DNA of 64,000 nucleotides, from the NCBI GenBank assembly GCA_963849385.1, contig CAWKHH010000005.1, forward strand, positions 386,478 through 450,477. The letters run 5' to 3'. Source of the stretch: Ignavibacteriota bacterium. GTDB lineage: Bacteria; Bacteroidota; Ignavibacteria; UBA10030; UBA6906. The notes below the pieces were generated by a model. The model did not search any database. It had not been told where the DNA came from and was given only the letters and a program-made list of their open reading frames with translations. This document shows positions 52,880 to 64,000 of the stretch, one piece after another. The first letter of the stretch is position 1. Each line of letters begins with the position of its first letter. The translations under genes and the position numbers were made by a program.

Positions 52880-55800
52880 TCACTTGATAATCGCTATCTT
52901 GCCGGTTTTGTTGCCTACGGGCGACTCTACGACGTAGAAGTAGACGCCGAACGCGATGTCCAGATTCTCTTTGGTTTTGAGATTCCAGGACACCGTGCCA
53001 TCTTGAATATTCCCCGCGTGGTACAGCGAGATCACGTGATCACCGCGCGACGTGAAGATCTTGATGGAAGCTCCCGCCGGAAGATGCGTGAACTGTATCT
53101 TCCGCTCGCCGCGGCCGCTCGTGATACCGGGATTCAGCGGCGGTTCAAACGCCGCCGCAGTAACATACGGATTCGGGACTACCTTCACCATGTCGAGCGT
53201 GTTCTGTGCGATCGCGGCGTCTACCTTCGGAAGTTCCGTCTTGAAGTCGAACACGTCTCCATTCCGGAACGGTTTGGTCGTCTTGATGACGTACTTGTCG
53301 CCGGCCTTGAGGTTGTACACCGTGTCGGGCTTGTCACCGGGTTTCGCAGCAGGGAAGAAAATCTCCCATGTCGGGAAGAGATCGCCCCGCGGACTCTTTT
53401 CCATCAGGATGATCTCGTCCAGCAGTCCCAGCTGCTCGGGCGGTCCGAGGGATATGCCTTTCTGGTAACAGGAATTTCACGTACGTGCTGTCCGTCGGTT
53501 GAAAATCCTGAACCGAGTCGGCAATGGGGACATCGTACGGGAACGGCCCGGCAGTTGATGTATCCACAACGGTGTTCGAGAACTGGATTTCGTAATCCGC
53601 TGCCTTCTTGTACCCGTGGAGAGGCGGATCCAGGAGCGAAAGGTTGGTCGGACCGAGGTTTACCGTGTAGGCGTTCGTGCCCAACCAACCCGTGGTCTGG
53701 TCATTGACTGGATTCACATCCCAGACATTGTCGAATACCACCGTCATGCCGTCGAAGATATCCGACTCGGCGTTCTCCGGTACGATACACCGATCCCTGG
53801 AGATTCGGACTCTGGTAGACAGGATAATACTGGTACTTCATCGGTGTACTTCCCGGCAGGGAGTGACCCGGGGCTCTTCCCGCGGATGGCACCGCGCGTC
53901 ATGTTCAGGATGTAGTTTGCAGGAGCCACGACTGTCCCTTGCGCATTCGTCACCGTCACCGTCCCGGCTACCAGATTCTTTCGCAGCAAACTGACGCTCA
54001 CCGTGTCCTGACTCACAAAATCTTCCGACTGCTCTTCGAGATCCTGAATTGTGTAGGAACTGGTGATGCGACGCCACTCCGTGCTGTCCTGCAGATCGAT
54101 CTTGCCGTTCTTGTTGTTGTCGATGCTGTCCATCTGCGTAGTCCTGGAACGTGACCCGATAGCGGTGGCCCGTTGAGTTTCGCTTCGTCCAGAAGTGCAT
54201 ACTGCATCCATCCGGATCCCGGACCCTTCGTATGCAGTTGCTTCGACTCCGTTCGTCGGGGCGACATAGCCGGCTGCGCGGGCGTTGGGTGTGACAACAG
54301 CAACATTGATGTCATGGTCGACGGCACCGGTTGAAAGCACACGCACTGTTTTGGTGTTTTCGCCCGGGAAGATGCCGGCGATTTCGTCGCCGCGGTCGTA
54401 CGCGACGACAGCATAGATAGTACCGCCTCCCGTTTTGCACCTCCTGGTCGACGTACGAATGCTGCAGTCCGGTGTCATCACCCAGCTTGAACGTGTATCC
54501 CGCCGCAGCCTGGAACAGGTCCCCCGTTGCCCGGAAGAACCCCTTGATACCGTCGTTCAAGTCGAACTGCTTGAGTGGCTGGTACCCTCTGACAGTCCCC
54601 GTGGCATCGGTAATGGTGAAGACATCGCTGAAGTTCGGGATCGGTGGACTGTAGATCTTGTACCCTTCGAAGTCCTTTGACACGGAGCACCGGGTCAATC
54701 GAAGCTTCGGCGACACGGTCCCAATACAGCGTCACCTGTTTGTCGCCCGGCACCGCAACCAGAGTGGGCTTGTCAGGGGGAGTGGGGAATTGGTAGTTCG
54801 CGTCGTAGATCTTCTGCACGGTCTTCTTGTTCTTCAGCAGATCATCGATGTCATCCTGAAGGCTCCCTCCCTTGCCGCCACCGTAGACCAGGGCAAGAGA
54901 GAACCGTTCCGTTGTTCCCGCCAGCAAGGGGAAATAGCCTGAACCGTAAATGAAGTCGCCGTCCTCGCCCCGTTCCGGACGGTTGTTCACGATGGAAGTC
55001 GGCACATCAAAGAAGCCGGGCGCGAGACTTCTCCAGAGCCCCTCATCATCGCCGAGCAAACACGATTTGCCGGTGTGAAGTAGTAGAAGCTCGAGAGCCC
55101 GATCTGGTCTGATTCGTCAACGTCGGTCTTGTCGATGTTGGGCTCACCGGGCAGACCGGTGTCATGACCGAATGCATCGTATCCCGAGGTCGGCAGTCCG
55201 TCACCTTCACCGAAATCGGGTCCTGGATAGTTCACGGCAGTCGGGCCGATGCCATCCCGTCCGACATCATCAAACTCGACGTTCCAATCCTGATCATTAT
55301 CAATGCCGTCGTTCCGCGTCTCGTCAATCATGCTGAAAGCGCTGGTTCCCAGGTTGCCCGCATAGTCAACGTGGCGGACCGGACGAAGAACGTCGAGCAG
55401 CACCTGATATGGAGGATTGCGGTTCCTCTTGAATTGCCTGATAGTGAAGGAACTGATTTTCGTCGATCAGACCGTTGAAGTTGTTGTCAATCCCGTCATA
55501 GGCATTCCTGTTGACCGCAGTGATTGCCGAGGAAATCGGTGACAACGTTCCCTTCAGCCACTTTTGTCTTGCCGGGATAGATCCAGATCGAATCGCGCAT
55601 GCCGCGGGTCTTGACCTTCACGGAATCGCGGTTGGGAACCGTAAACAGGACCCGCGAATAGTCGTCACGAATCAGAACGATGCGCTTGACCCGGCAGCGA
55701 TGACAGTGGAATCGAAACTGGTGGACGCAAACTGCGGTGCAACAGCTGGCCGGTACTCGTCGAATCCGCGTCCCCATCATTGTCGATGCCGTCGAAGGGA

Positions 55801-56763
55801 TTGCCCGGACTCTCGAGGAACGCGTACCCCACCATACCGACCGGGAAGTTCTGATTCCAGCGCGGGTTGCGCAAGCGTATTGCGATCGAAGTCACCGGTG
55901 TAGGTGATGTTGGTGATGACATCGTAGAACGACCAGTCATCGTCATACTCCTGCGGGCTATCGTCGCTCCCCGTCACGCCGACATAGGTTCCCACGAGCA
56001 TGCCAAACACCGCCCTGTCGTACGTGGTCGTGCCCTTGTTGGATATCTCGTACAGCCAGAAGATGTTGTCCTGCGCAAGGAACTGAGCCCACTGCATGGC
56101 ACGAACGCGGACTTCGAAGGCGAGGCCGTTTCGTGACTGATTCGTCGAATCCGGCTTGAACGCAATCTCACGGGGGTTGTTGGTCGCGACGTTGAACCTC
56201 TCGTCATTGTTGTCATCCATGACGAAGTACGTTTCGAGATCCGCGCTGATGCGTTTCCCGAAATAGCCGTTCCATTGCCCCTTCCAACCGGGATCGACTC
56301 CGTCGCTCAATTTGTCGGGCCACTGCGAAGGCCATGTGCTCGTGTTGTTGCTTAATGCAATGCTTTGATTCGGCGCGGTGGCATCATAGCCGCTCTGAGG
56401 TTCCATCGTCCAGAATTTCCCGGTCACCGGATCTTGATCATGCCCCAGGGGCCCGGAGCCGACAGGCCGGCTCACCGGGCACGTCACCACCGAGCGGAAT
56501 GTGGTGTCCTGCCACTTCACTTCAGCACCGAAGAACGGACTCACATCACCGAGATAGCCGTTGTTGTCATCCTTCCATGAGCCGCGTGGCCGTGTATCGG
56601 CGGGCTGTCCGATGACACCCCAGTTGCCAAAGACTGTGCGGACCTGGTTCCCGTTCATGACCGCCGATTTGCGGTTCTGATACCCGCTGCTCTGTGCGTG
56701 CCCATACGTGGTGCAGAGGAGGGCGATCAGGAACAGCAAGAAAACGTTGCTTGTGGTCTTCAT
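52880..56763 (-). CDS. Large (~1290 aa) exported protein with DxDxDG repeats, an Fn3-like segment and a variant T9SS-like CTD; many indels
   Basis: Signal peptide, MNGNQVRT.F.NWG, DGIDNDGD / DGIDNNFNG / DGIDND repeats, PTPPDKP...GDKQVTLYWD, DFEGYKIY, YAVVAYD and C-terminal VKVVPNPY..IQFTHLP..IKIFT..GVYFYVV..GKIAIIK. Confidence 0.75.
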
Positions 56764-59587
56764 TTAGAACTCCAGATTCATGCCAAGTTCGATGCGGCGC
56801 GGTTCCGAAAAATATCCGGGCTGTCGGTACCACTCGGCAAGGGAATTGATCCGTTGCCGCGGGTTGGTCAACTCGACGCGATTCTCATCAGCGGTGAAAC
56901 CCGCACGACCGGTATCGTCATACACATTGTTTTCATTCCGTATGTCGAAGAGATTAAATACCCGCGCGAAGAATACAAGCCTGAGAGGATCGAGTCGCAT
57001 CTCGTAGTACGCGCGCAGATCGACATTGAAGAACGCGGGTTTGAGCTGGCTGTTGGTGAGCAATGAAGTAACATCCGCCGCACGACGCGGAGTGTACGGC
57101 GAACCGCTGCCGTATTGGGCGATAACGCTTACCCCCCACTGCGGCGCTGCATAGGAGCCGGTCACGTTCAGCGTATGGCGCTGGTCCCAACCGAGCGGCG
57201 TCAGCTGCACTTCCGGAAGCGATCCGCCGGCGACGGCATTGCGCGCTTCCTGGGGATCAGAGGCACTCCCCTTTGCCACCTGGTATGTGTAGTCCAGCGT
57301 CGCTGTTACCCCGCCGCCAAAGCGTTTGTTCACCGTCAGGACTATGCCCTTGACAAACCCAAAATCGCTGTTTACGTATTTGCTGTACTTGGCGCTCCCG
57401 CCGAAGATGATGATCTCATCGGCACGGGTGCCTGTCAGATTGCGGATGTCACGCAGATAGGCAGTCACGTCAACGGACAGATCCTCTGTGAGTTGCTGCT
57501 GGACGCCGATTTCACCGTTGATCGTCTGCTCGGGCTCGAGATCGGCATTCCCGACAACACCAAGGTTTCCCGTACCTTGAGGAAGCTTGAATTCGGAGTT
57601 CAGATAGAGATTCTCAAACCGGGGCACCTGGAAGAAGTGCCCGTAAGAAAAATGCACGACCCCCTCCGCGGTGATCGGGAACGAACCGCCGATGCGGGGA
57701 CTGATCTTGTACTTCGCCTTGGTCGGACGATACCAGTACGTCAGGCGTTCTGCGAGGGTTCGCGCAATATTGTCCGGCTTGATCGGCGAGAAAATATTGG
57801 GATCGTCCACAGTGTAGGTGTAGTGCAAGGGGTCGTTGGGATCGGGGTGCCCGTCATTGAGCACGTAACCGTGGGGATCGAAATAGTCAAACCGCACACC
57901 GATATTCAAGATGAAGTCTTTGAACTCAAGCTTGTCCTGAATGTACCCGGAAATCTCCTGCGGCGAGCGGTTGTACATGCTGTGCGACAGCGTGGAGAGC
58001 GGCAGAATCCGGGTTTGAATGAACGGACTGTCGCGCGTCAGATCAATCGCGGACTGTGCCTGGATCGGTTGCAGATCGATGTTTTCATAGAAGATGTTGT
58101 GTACGCGGTACTCAGCACCAACCTTCACGAGGTTGTAGTTGTCAAGCTGGCTCGATAGATCCAGCTTTGCCCCTTTGGTGATGGTGGAACGCCGGTTTGT
58201 GTTCAGATCCGTGCCCCCCGTGTTGAAACTGTACGCGTCATCAGTCTGAAAGAGCGCCGAATTCACGTAGTGCGGTCCGGAGGGATCCCATTTTTCCACA
58301 AGATCCCCCGAACCATCCGTCGCCGCTTCGTAGGTGAGATCGTAGAGGCGGTACTTGAAGTTATGATCAAACCAGGAAAGCCCGATTGTATAGAATGTGG
58401 AGGCACTGAGGGTATGACTGAACTGCACAATAAGGGTCTTGCTGCGTTCCACACTGGTACCGTAGCCATTGGGATTAAAGAAGTAGGATCTGTTGTATGG
58501 CTTGCTCTCCTTGTCATCATAGATGAAATTGGTGTTGAGTTTCATCACCGGGGAAATTCGCCAGGTCAATTTCCCCTGGCCGTAGTAGCGCTTGCTCCAG
58601 TTCATAGGCACGACAGCGCTGTCACCGAGGCCGGATGCATCCCGGTTGAGGACAAACTGCCGGGTGATGGGATCGGTGTAGGAGATGTTCGACGGGTTAA
58701 ACCGGTCGAATCCCTTCAACCACCCGTCAAAGTAGATATAGCGGCCGTTGATGAAGAAGGTGAGGTCCTCCCCCAGAATCGGTCCGCTCAGATTTGCTTC
58801 GATATTCCGGATTGAAGTCGGCTTGAACTTGTCCAGCCCCGGAAATAACGAGTCGCTCATCGTCGTCAGGTACTGGCCTCCGTAGAGACCGAGTCCGCCG
58901 GCGAATTTCGGGCCCCCTTCCTTTGTGGCAATATTAACGATTCCCGACATCGCCTGACCGTACTCGGCGTTGAACGCACCTGACACGAGCTGGAGTTCCT
59001 GCACGAGGTTCTTGTTTATTTCCACTACCTGGCCGCCATTGAATCCGTCAGTGACCGGAACACCATCAATCCAGTACGCGACTTCTCCGCTGCGCCCGCC
59101 GCGCAGGCTTCCGTCGACAAACCCCGCCTGCAGCTGGAGCACCTGACCAACCTCCGTAACGGGCAAAGCTGAAATCTGCTCGCTGCTGACAACCGCAGTC
59201 GTCGCCGTCAAATCCTTTTGCACAAGGGGTCGTTCTGCAGTAATCGTAACCTCCTCGCTTTGTACGACCTGGGAGGAGATCTGGAAATCTATCGTGGTCG
59301 TGAGATCGATGGAGACCGAAACGTTTGAAACAGTCTTTTTGTTGTAACCCACCGCAGAGGCGGCGAGCGTGTACTTGCCCGGAGGGAGGTTGAGGATGAA
59401 GTACTGGCCTTCGATATTTGTGGCGGCACCCATCGTGGTGCCTTCCACAACGACATTTACGCCGACCAGCGTTTCGCCGGTCTGCGCGTCCTTGATCACA
59501 CCGGCAATCTTGCCAGTGTTGCCTCGCACGGGCAACATCCAGAAGACCGGCAGCAAGGAGCAGAACGAAGAGGTAGCGGTGCGTCAT
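56764..59587 (-). CDS. TonB-dependent receptor with an N-terminal carboxypeptidase-regulatory-like domain; indel in the signal peptide
   Basis: TGKIAG.IKDAQTGE.L.GVNV, plug LRGGRSGEVAYWIDG, GAFNAEYGQAMSGIVNI, SPRIG, GNADLEPEQT and a terminal Phe. Confidence 0.92.
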
Positions 59588-59608
59588 ACGGAATGTGCTC
59601 CTGGTGGT

Positions 59609-60694
59609 TTACACGATCGGTAACGATGGTTCAACAGCTCGGTGCATTGTGAGATTCGACAGATCCGGCACTCCGCGCAGTGCCGCACCAGATGAACGGC
59701 GCACAATCAAGTCCGGAAGAAACGAGGTCAACGTTGGCGGTGCACCCGGCTCTTTCATGCGATGGATCAATTTCTCCATAGCCAGCTGTCCCATTTCGTA
59801 CATGGGCTGACGCATGGTGGTCAATTCGGCGTATTGTGCAAGTTCGATATCGTCAAACCCCACGACAGCGAGATCTTCAGGTACGCGCACCCGTGCCGCC
59901 CGAGTGGCTTCCAGAGCACCGATGGCCTGAACGTCACTGGCAATCACGACGGCTGTGGCACGATCAACGCCGGCGTTGGCCTCAAGCAATCGGCGCATGG
60001 CCTCGCGCCCCGCTTCGCGGTTGAATCCATCATTCTTGCCCGATCCACCAATAATGACCCGGTCCATCCTGAACAGGATGCCGGCTTCTTCCAATCCCAT
60101 CCGGTACCCCTCCAGTCGTTCCTGCGCGGGCAGCGTGGAGAGACTTGCATTGATCATGGCAATGGAACGGTGGCCCAGCCCCACAAGATGTCTCGTCACC
60201 GCCAGAGCGCCTTCACGATTCTGCACGCGGATGGAATCGAACGATGGATGGAACGCGTCGACCAGAACGAGCGGCAGATGCATCTGCTCGAACTTGGCCG
60301 CATGCGCATCCGGGAGCTTCATGGAGAAAAAGAGTACACCATCCACGTGGCCCCGGTGCAAGGACCGGCGCAGATATTGCTCGACCTGTACCGGGTGGCT
60401 TACACTGTAGAGAATCAGATCAAACCCGCTGTCCCCTGCCTGATCCTGAACACCCTGCAGCACCTGAACGAAGAAATAATTCGTAAACGATGGGATGATT
60501 ACAGATACAGTATTGGTCCGCCGCGACGCAAGGCGCTGGGCCTGCGCGTGCGGCTGATAACTGAGTCGCTTGGCTGCGGCGAGAACTTTGGCTCGGGTTT
60601 GGGCTGAGACGTGCGGATGATCATTAAGACTTCGCGACACAGTCCCTATGCCAACCCCCGCTTCGCGCGCCAGATCGTAGATAGTAACACCCAT
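59609..60694 (-). CDS. LacI-family transcriptional regulator
   Basis: TIYDLAREAGVGIGTVSR HTH, VPEDLAVVGFDD and LTTMRQP. Confidence 0.95.
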   Translation of the reverse strand: MGVTIYDLAREAGVGIGTVSRSLNDHPHVSAQTRAKVLAAAKRLSYQPHAQAQRLASRRTNTVSVIIPSFTNYFFVQVLQGVQDQAGDSGFDLILYSVSHPVQVEQYLRRSLHRGHVDGVLFFSMKLPDAHAAKFEQMHLPLVLVDAFHPSFDSIRVQNREGALAVTRHLVGLGHRSIAMINASLSTLPAQERLEGYRMGLEEAGILFRMDRVIIGGSGKNDGFNREAGREAMRRLLEANAGVDRATAVVIASDVQAIGALEATRAARVRVPEDLAVVGFDDIELAQYAELTTMRQPMYEMGQLAMEKLIHRMKEPGAPPTLTSFLPDLIVRRSSGAALRGVPDLSNLTMHRAVEPSLPIV

Positions 60695-60739
60695 CGAGGG
60701 GAGCGATTCTGTGTTACGTCTCTAAAGAGGGTTAGTTAT

Positions 60740-60753
60740 TGGAAGCGCTTCCA
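60740..60753. promoter_or_regulatory. LacI-family operator palindrome TGGAAGCGCTTCCA
   Basis: Perfect 14-bp palindrome with a central CG, 2 nt downstream of the minus-strand -10 box. Confidence 0.8.
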
Positions 60754-60755
60754 TA

Positions 60756-60784
60756 AAGATAGAATTTTCGAGAGGATTAGTCAA
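60756..60784 (-). promoter_or_regulatory. sigma70 promoter of the lacI-TBDR operon
   Basis: Minus strand TTGACT-17 nt-TATCTT. Confidence 0.7.
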
Positions 60785-60839
60785 GTTTTTTTTTCCAGTT
60801 GTTCAGCAATCCGGGGATTTGTTCAATTCCTTTGTATGC

Positions 60840-60868
60840 TTGCGTTTTCTCCCAACCGTGGCTATATT
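60840..60868 (+). promoter_or_regulatory. Putative sigma70 promoter of malK-GH31
   Basis: TTGCGT-17 nt-TATATT. Confidence 0.55.
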
Positions 60869-60927
60869 CTCTTCGTCATCACGTTCGGAGTTCGACAACC
60901 CTCGCCCTCACTACAGGCCACCCCCCC

Positions 60928-62032
60928 ATGGCAGAAGTAAAGCTTGAAAACGTGTCAAAGATCTACGACGGGAAAGTCACGGCAGTCCGCGACGTCAACG
61001 TTACCATCAATGATAAAGAGTTCGTCGTGCTTGTCGGACCATCCGGGTGCGGCAAGTCGACAGTTCTCCGGATGATTGCCGGACTCGAAGAAATCAGCGG
61101 AGGCACCATCACCATTGGCGACCGCATCGTGAATGATGTCCCGCCCAAAGACCGCGACATCGCTATGGTCTTTCAGAACTACGCACTGTATCCGCATATG
61201 ACGGTCTATGATAATCTGGCATTCGGGTTGAAGCTCAGAAAGTACAGCAAATCCGAGATCGATCAGCGCGTCCGTGAAGCCGCGAAGATTCTCGGCATCG
61301 AAAGCTATCTCGACCGGAAACCCAAGGCACTCTCAGGCGGACAACGCCAGCGCGTTGCACTCGGCAGGGCGATCGTCCGTCAACCAAAGGTCTTCCTCTT
61401 CGACGAACCGCTGAGCAACCTCGATGCCAACCTCCGCGTCCAGATGCGCACGGAGATCTCGCGACTTCACCACCGTCTGCAGACCACCATGATCTACGTC
61501 ACCCATGACCAGATCGAAGCCATGTCCATGGGCGATCGCATCGTTGTCATGCGCGACGGCATTGTGCAGCAGGTCGATACTCCGCTCACAATCTACCATC
61601 ATCCCGCCAATAAGTTCGTTGCCGGCTTCATCGGAAGTCCGACAATGAACTTCATCTCCGGACAGCTGCAGCGAAACGGAAAAATGATTGTTCCGCCAGG
61701 AGGGTGCCAATTTCGAGCTCCCTCTGGCTCCTGCAATCGCTGATCGGTTGAAAGACGTAGCCCCCGGACCGGTGACTCTCGGGATCCGCCCCGAACATAT
61801 CCACATGTACCGGCCGGCTGAAGCGGCAACCGTTGCCCCGATCACGGCATTGATTGAGGTCGTGGAACCAGTCGGCAACGAGATCTTCGTCTATTTTTCC
61901 ACGGGCTCCTCTTCTCATTTTGTTGCACGCTTCGCGACCGACCATGCGCCGGAAGTCGGCAAACAGTGCGAATTGCTCGTTGACACTTCACGCATTCATC
62001 TCTTCGATCACTCGTCCGAACGCACACTCTAA
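60928..62032 (+). CDS. malK: Sugar ABC ATPase (MalK/MsmX/UgpC-like), one indel
   Basis: [43 protein letters not shown] and LGIRPEH. Confidence 0.9.
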
Positions 62033-62036
62033 CACA

Positions 62037-64000
62037 ATGTCGCATATCCGTCACGCCTCCCTTCTTCTCTTCATTCCCTCAACAATACTCACGGCACAGT
62101 GGCAGACGATCGGTAACGCGGAGTTCTCCACCGCCCACGGGAGGACGTGCAGTCTCTCTGAAAGCATCCGGTGCCACCATCGAGGTCACCGTCCTCGCTG
62201 ACGACCTGGTGAGAGTACACCTTACTCCCCCGACTGCACCGGGACAAAAGCCACCGCCGCCGTCACATTCATGGGCGGTGATCAAAACCGAATGGCCCCG
62301 GGTGAGCGCAGAGTTCGCAGACGCCCCCGATGCGCTCACAATCACCACCCCTGCACTGCAGGTGCGCATCAGCAAGAAACCCGTTCGCGTCTCGTTCTAT
62401 GATCGGTCCGGTGCACTCCTCAACGAAGATCACCCGATGAAAGGTATGTCATGGATCAGCCGCAACCGGCCTGATTCCCTCCGCGATGCGCCGGGAACAG
62501 CAGGTGCGGAAGTCCGCATATGGAAATCCAGACCGCCAGACGAGTACTACTACGGGTTGGGAGAAAAAACGGCATCATTCGCGATGGGCGGGAAGAGTGT
62601 GACGATGTGGAACGCCGACATTCCCGCCTACACCGCCGGGACGGATCCGCTCTATCAAACTATCCCCTTTTTCATGGGAATGCGCAACGGACGGGCATAC
62701 GGGATATTTTTCGACAACACCTACTGGTCGAACTTTGACATGGGAAAGGAGTCGCGCGATCAGTATTCCTTCGGCGCAGAAGGCGGGGACCTGGAATACT
62801 ATTTCTTCAGCGGACCGACACCAAAGTTGATTCTCTCGCGTTTCACCGAACTCGTCGGTCGCATGCCGTTGCCGCCGCTCTGGTCACTCGGGTACCAGCA
62901 GTCCCGTTGGAGCTACTCTCCGGAGAGCAGGGTGCGCGAAATTGCCCGCGGGTTCCGCGACAATAAGATCCCCTGCGATGTCCTCTACCTTGACATTGAT
63001 TATATGGATGAGTACAGGGTGTTCACCTGGAGCCCCGTCAACTTCCCCGATCCACGCCGCCTTGTCAACGATCTCTCGTCACAAGGTTTCCGCGTTGCAG
63101 TGATCATGGACCCCGGCATCAAAACAGATTCGATGTACGCTGCATACCGATCAGGCCTCTCGGCTGATTGTTTCCTGAAATATCCGGACGGTCGCGTGTT
63201 CACGGGCGATGTGTGGCCGGGCCGTTGCGCATTCCCGGATTTCACCGCGGATGCCACACGCCGCTGGTGGGGCGATCAGATGTCCGGGCTCATCGACGTC
63301 GGCGTGCGCGGATATTGGAATGATATGAATGAACCCTCGGTCTTCAACACTCCAACAAAAACCGTCGATCTGACTGTGCTCCATAACGACGGCGGCCAGT
63401 GGACGCGACATGCAAAAAGCCACAACGTGTACGGCATGCAGATGACACGCGCGACATATGAAGGGGCACTGCACCATAATCCTTCCGAACGTCCCTTCGT
63501 TCTTACGCGGGCATCATACGCCGGCGGCTGGAGATACGCGGCGTCGTGGACCGGCGACAATGTGGCCTCGTGGGAACACCTCCAGATGGCCCTGTACATG
63601 TCGTTGAACCTCTCCATCTCCGGACAGCCCTTTGTGGGTGCCGACATCGGGGGGTTTATTGGCTATCCTTCACCGGAACTCTTCACCCGCTGGCTGCAAT
63701 TGGGCGTGTTTACTCCGCTCATGCGGGCACACTCGGTGATCAACGAAAAGAACAAGGAGCCCTGGGAATTTGGAGCAACCTTCACAGAGATCAATCGTTC
63801 CACCATAGCCTTGCGCTACCGGTTGCTCCCTTATGTGTATAATGTCATGGTCGAGGCTTCGAACACCGGGATCCCGGCGATGCGCCCCCTGATGCTCGAG
63901 TATCCCGGGGACCTGCGTTTCGTTGAATCGTCAGACGAATTCTTCTTTGGCGGCGATCTGCTCGTAGCTCCGATCCTTACTCCCGACACACGCCAGCGCG
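62037..64000 (+). CDS. GH31 alpha-glucosidase (signal peptide; truncated by the window end; indels near the 5' end)
   Basis: YYGLGEK, DPLYQTIPF, PPLWSLGYQQSRWSY, LDIDYM, WNDMNEP, HNVYG, WTGDN and GADIGGF. Confidence 0.92.

Noticed and set aside
56764-59587. Calling the TBDR susC
   Set aside because: It lacks the SusC plug signature (LKDASAxAIYG) and no SusD-like lipoprotein follows.
1-64000. Many split genes as pseudogenes or programmed frameshifts
   Set aside because: Breaks are single-base indels, including in the essential leuS, and I noticed no in-frame nonsense decay; this is typical long-read error.

Overview
GC-rich bacterial chromosomal window. It most resembles Ignavibacteria or a related FCB lineage: it has NYPNPFNP-type T9SS C-terminal domains, a PorV-family barrel, a GWxTD protein and canonical sigma70 promoters (taxonomy is inference). 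Many genes, including the essential leuS, are broken by single-base indels, so the sequence looks like an unpolished long-read assembly; split ORFs are merged into genes below. Bases 1-22 kb are housekeeping: leuS, a tyrosine recombinase with a degenerate active site, an RsbU/V/W partner-switching module, MATE, tRNA-Arg(CCG), an Fe3+-type ABC transporter, tsaC and a PIG-L deacetylase, LPS genes, GWxTD and yjbQ. Bases 22.4-64 kb are one ~42 kb alpha-glucan (starch/glycogen/maltodextrin) utilisation region with a glycogen-debranching enzyme, three GH13s, GH57, GH31, MalEFG plus a remote MalK, two MFS permeases and a T9SS-secreted AGE-family epimerase. Its most interesting part is a SusD-less outer-membrane module: LacI, TonB-dependent receptor, a large protein with a variant T9SS-like CTD, a dedicated PorV-family barrel, a multi-CBM-like T9SS cargo, a PPIase and an SGNH-TPR protein, with a LacI operator over its promoter. 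No CRISPR array, rRNA or intact mobile element was seen.
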